Positions 60,776-64,000 of a DNA stretch of 64,000 bases are shown piece by piece. Every line of letters starts with the position of its first letter. The first letter of the stretch is position 1. This stretch comes from an uncultured Gemmatimonadota bacterium (GTDB lineage: Bacteria; SM23-81; DAOVCL01). The DNA is taken from contig CAZVGK010000004.1 in assembly GCA_964626665.1 (NCBI GenBank), positions 32,001-96,000 of the forward strand. The letters run 5' to 3'. Made by a program: the position numbers and the translations under genes. The notes beneath the pieces were generated by a model. The model was not told where the DNA came from, searched no databases, and saw only the letters and a program-made list of their open reading frames with translations.

Positions 60776-61633
60776 TTATATATACCCCCTCTGCAGGGTC
60801 CGTTTGATCCTGATAAGTAGATTCCGCATCTGGGCATCTCCCCACTTCATCTCCTGGATGATATATACTCCCACCCCTCGCCTTCCCTCGACCAGGCCGA
60901 TATGGGTCAGATCCCCAATGATGTTCTTTTTCATTTGAGTAATTTCCTCCTGGGAAAGGGCTGGAACCTTGGGAGCTCGCTTGGGTTGGTTTTGACAGTT
61001 GATAACGAAGAGATGGGCCCACCGCAATGGCCTATATTCCTTGAGAAGGAGCCTATCTGCGTAGTTCTTCAAACTGAGGGGTTGGGCCAGTATCTTGGAG
61101 ACGTCAACCTTAGAGGCTATCAACTCCAATAGGGGCTCAGGTAACTGGGAAAAATCTATGGAAGGTTCCTCTAAATCCTTATCCTTCTTTCCCCGGGAGG
61201 CTCCGGTTAACAGGGGCAACAAACTTCCTCCGAACTGCTGGACAAAGGCTAAGGAGAGGCGATGGGCCAGTTCCTTCCGGGGGGGAAGTATATGCCCTTG
61301 CGGAGGGGGTGGGGAGAGGAATATGGTCAACGAACCAGAGAGCTCATATTTTAGGCTGTCATAATCGGAGGAGTTGGCCTCAATCACACTCAGCATGGGT
61401 TCATTATCCCTCCAGAAGAGATATTCCCTATGGCCTTCCTGCACCCTTTCCAGATCTTCTCCCTTTCGCAAGATTGTTGCTCCAGGAGGAGAGGAAAAGT
61501 TAGCTGAATTCTTGTCCCCCGGCAGCCAATGATAGAAGGAAGGGATAAAATAGGGCAACTTTTCCTCTATTGTCTCTATTAAAGCTGTCTTCCCCGATTT
61601 TCGCGGGCCAATAACAAAAATTTGGTTATCCAT
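60776..61633 (-). CDS. Hypothetical protein with N-terminal Walker A-like motif
   Basis: VIGPRKSGKT; GAGG SD. Confidence 0.6.
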   Translation of the reverse strand: MDNQIFVIGPRKSGKTALIETIEEKLPYFIPSFYHWLPGDKNSANFSSPPGATILRKGEDLERVQEGHREYLFWRDNEPMLSVIEANSSDYDSLKYELSGSLTIFLSPPPPQGHILPPRKELAHRLSLAFVQQFGGSLLPLLTGASRGKKDKDLEEPSIDFSQLPEPLLELIASKVDVSKILAQPLSLKNYADRLLLKEYRPLRWAHLFVINCQNQPKRAPKVPALSQEEITQMKKNIIGDLTHIGLVEGRRGVGVYIIQEMKWGDAQMRNLLIRIKRTLQRGYI

Positions 61634-61688
61634 TTTACCTCTTTACATGGAGTTCGTTAAAGAAAACCGTGGTATGGTTATTTTCTCC

Positions 61689-62159
61689 TCAATCCAGATA
61701 TGACTCTAAGACCTTCCAGGAGATCTTGCCGCCTGAAGAGACCCTAAATTCGAGGAGCATCCATCCCCCCCTGTGTCCATCCTCAAAATAGGCAAATACC
61801 CATTGTTTGCTTAAAACCCATATCATATCTGCGGAGTAGAATCCCATCCTTCCTCCGTTAACGCCTTTGTAAGGTATTAACTCAGGATGTTTTTGTAGAT
61901 CCGCGACAATCTCTTTCAATGGGTTTTTTAAGCCCTTCCTTTGGAATTTTTCTAAATCCCATCTGTTTAATCCCGGTCTTCTCTCCAGTAGCTTTTGGTG
62001 TTTATTCAGCGAAGACCTCAGATCTTCAATTTGGGTGAGCAGACTGGCCTTCTGTTTTGTGTGCTTAATTTGCAAGAGAAGGGTTAAACCCGCCAGGCCA
62101 ATGAAAAGGACAATCCAGAGGTAGCGGCCAAATATAGGGGTTTGTTTAAGGGTTTTCAT
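61689..62159 (-). CDS. Hypothetical membrane-anchored protein
   Basis: N-terminal TM helix, coiled coil, ELIPY.GV.GG.M.F....WV.A.FEDGH..G; AGGAG SD. Confidence 0.7.
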   Translation of the reverse strand: MKTLKQTPIFGRYLWIVLFIGLAGLTLLLQIKHTKQKASLLTQIEDLRSSLNKHQKLLERRPGLNRWDLEKFQRKGLKNPLKEIVADLQKHPELIPYKGVNGGRMGFYSADMIWVLSKQWVFAYFEDGHRGGWMLLEFRVSSGGKISWKVLESYLD

Positions 62160-62190
62160 ATTAGCTCCTTGCGGTATTGTTTGGTCAAAT

Positions 62191-62799
62191 TCATTTTTGC
62201 AGGTAAGCTATGCCACTTTTTATCAGCATTGCCATATAGCCAAATAGTATAAGTCCCAAAATTCTAATGAGATAAATAAAATATTTGCTTTTAAGCAAAC
62301 TTTTGCCTCTGTGAGTAACGAGAGCAACTGAGATTTTTGATCCGACTAAAAAGGCGTAGAATCCGAGCAGGAATAGACCACAATCCAAGGTGTTACCTCT
62401 AACCAAGAAGGATCCGCCGACGGAAAGCCAAAATATATATGGATGAGGATTAAGCGCATTTGTAATGACAGCTTTTTGAAGAGATCGGCCTCTATTGCTT
62501 TTTGTCTGAAGTTTGCTTAGATTTACTTTTAAATTCTCGTATCCAAGGTATCCGAGAAAAAGCCCTCCCGATATTGAGATAAGTGCTAAGGGAGTGTTTG
62601 AATTCTTCAGTTGATCAAAGACTAATAATGTGACCACAATTATGGGTAAGTCTGTAAGGAGGGGAGCAAGAGCTACTTTAATCCCGCTTTTTCTGCCCTG
62701 CTGCAGTGTTTCTGAGATGACTAATGTTAAAAGTGGCCCCGGTGACAACCCCGCCGTTAATCCAAGGAGAATCCCAGGCAATAAAAAATTAGCAATCAT
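62191..62799 (-). CDS. LysE-family translocator
   Basis: SPGPL, G...A...L.D, N.LNP....FW; multiple TM helices. Confidence 0.9.
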   Translation of the reverse strand: MIANFLLPGILLGLTAGLSPGPLLTLVISETLQQGRKSGIKVALAPLLTDLPIIVVTLLVFDQLKNSNTPLALISISGGLFLGYLGYENLKVNLSKLQTKSNRGRSLQKAVITNALNPHPYIFWLSVGGSFLVRGNTLDCGLFLLGFYAFLVGSKISVALVTHRGKSLLKSKYFIYLIRILGLILFGYMAMLIKSGIAYLQK

Positions 62800-62937
62800 T
62801 TAACCACTTTAATTTCGGTTTTTGTAGTATGGCACCAAAAGTATTTGCAACTCTGTAAAAAAGGTTTTGCTGTATCCAAAGGCATAAAGAAAGTGATTTC
62901 CTCTACTTCCAACATTTCTGAAGGGGTTCATAGACCA

Positions 62938-62985
62938 TTATAAAAATATGCCAGAAAACCCCCGCTCGTGAGCGGGGGATGAATG
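62938..62985 (-). mobile_element. IS200/IS605-like end (orphan), copy 2
   Basis: Palindrome CCCCCGCTC-GT-GAGCGGGGG next to ATGAATG; matches 3164-3212. Confidence 0.5.
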
Positions 62986-63172
62986 GTATCCTTGATTCTC
63001 CTCAGGTTCTCCTCCTCTTAAAAGAAGTCATCAAAGGATGATAGGCACTATGGTAACAGATCAATCTGAAAATTTTACTATTATATTTAGCACACTTTAT
63101 GGCTATCATTTTTATTCATATTTTAAAAGAATCCAGAGCTTACTTTCACCCCATCTACGAGGATTGTTAATC

Positions 63173-64000
63173 TCATTTTTGATCGTTCAACTTCATATTT
63201 TTATAAAGTTCTTTAGCTAAGTTCCAATAATGATTGGTATTGACCTTGCCTTTAGCATAATCATTATGCCATCCGACGGGGACGGGCATGTCTCTATATA
63301 AATTTTCCCGTCTGGCTTCAAGCAACATCCTGGGTTTTTTCATGAAATCAGCTCCACAAATAACCTTTTTATCTGTTCTGGAGGATAGGCACTTTATCCA
63401 TTTAGCTCCTTCATAATTTCTCATTAAATGGTGGTCGAGGATTAAAATATCGACTTTTTGAGAAAGCCGTTTAGCATTGTACCAGGCTTTCTTAACTTGG
63501 CTTCTGGAAAATCTATGAGATAAATAAAGAGGAGGTCCACCAACTAATGCAATATCAGGTCTCCATTCTAATATTTGGATAACAGCCTCATTATTAAGGA
63601 GCTGGATATCGGAAGCATGCACAAAGACGCAATCTTCTGCAATTTTGGTCATCATTACTTTTCCTAATCTGTTATTCGCTTCTCCATGAGGGACTGATTT
63701 GGAGAAAGCCATTATCCCCTGTTCCTTCCCTTCTCCTTCAATTAAATCTTTCTTTAAAACCAGAGAAAGGGAGTCTGCTCTTTTCTTCTCGAGTGGGGAA
63801 AGGTGAGCCAAGATCTCGGTCCATATTCTGACTTTTGGATTTAATTTAGCTACCTTCTTGATGTTGAATTGATAAGGATTTGCATCCACTAAAGGAACAT
63901 GGTCTCCATGAAAATGGCTGATTATTATATCCGTAGCTTCAGACCACCTTTTAACAATCTTCTTTTGTATCTTTTCGTCTACTGCTACTTGAAAGGGATG
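63173..64000 (-). CDS. MBL-fold metallo-hydrolase (UPF0282-like); 5' end outside window
   Basis: Frame is open to the window edge; ISHFHGDH, VPHG, HASDIQ, GGPPLYL, LDHHL.R. Confidence 0.85.
   Translation of the reverse strand, partial: HPFQVAVDEKIQKKIVKRWSEATDIIISHFHGDHVPLVDANPYQFNIKKVAKLNPKVRIWTEILAHLSPLEKKRADSLSLVLKKDLIEGEGKEQGIMAFSKSVPHGEANNRLGKVMMTKIAEDCVFVHASDIQLLNNEAVIQILEWRPDIALVGGPPLYLSHRFSRSQVKKAWYNAKRLSQKVDILILDHHLMRNYEGAKWIKCLSSRTDKKVICGADFMKKPRMLLEARRENLYRDMPVPVGWHNDYAKGKVNTNHYWNLAKELYKNMKLNDQK

Overview
Bacterial chromosomal window from a diderm organism, probably FCB-adjacent (inferred from PorV-like and 'NYPNPF' C-terminal-domain proteins; no taxonomic marker was checked). (1) 1-3 kb: nadE end, rsmI, a macrodomain gene, and tRNA-Asn(GTT) preceded by a duplicated, interrupted 5' half that brackets a GIY-YIG gene. 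(2) 3-13.5 kb: accessory island with a B12 radical SAM gene, gene remnants, many toxin-antitoxin pairs, and a decayed integron whose intI pseudogene is co-oriented with its cassettes (putative attI, two attC sites). (3) 13.6-38.4 kb: one + strand envelope cluster. It encodes a 2161-aa repeat surface protein with a C-terminal sorting-like domain, a PorV-like barrel, a 996-aa TPR protein, a lipoprotein, ExbB-ExbD-ExbD-TonB, further secreted proteins and pilMNOPQ. This is a candidate TonB/ExbBD-energised, T9SS-like export or surface machine, and the most interesting item here. (4) 38.8-64 kb: dapF, Nudix, serine protease, a 2024-aa LVIVD-repeat protein, more TA modules, hutHU, PfkB, tldDE, DUF192, LysE and an MBL-fold gene. 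Many intergenic spacers are mosaics of several short palindromic repeat families. A ~215-nt promoter-to-terminator unit occurs twice and is a candidate ncRNA. All calls are from motif recognition by eye; no searches were run.
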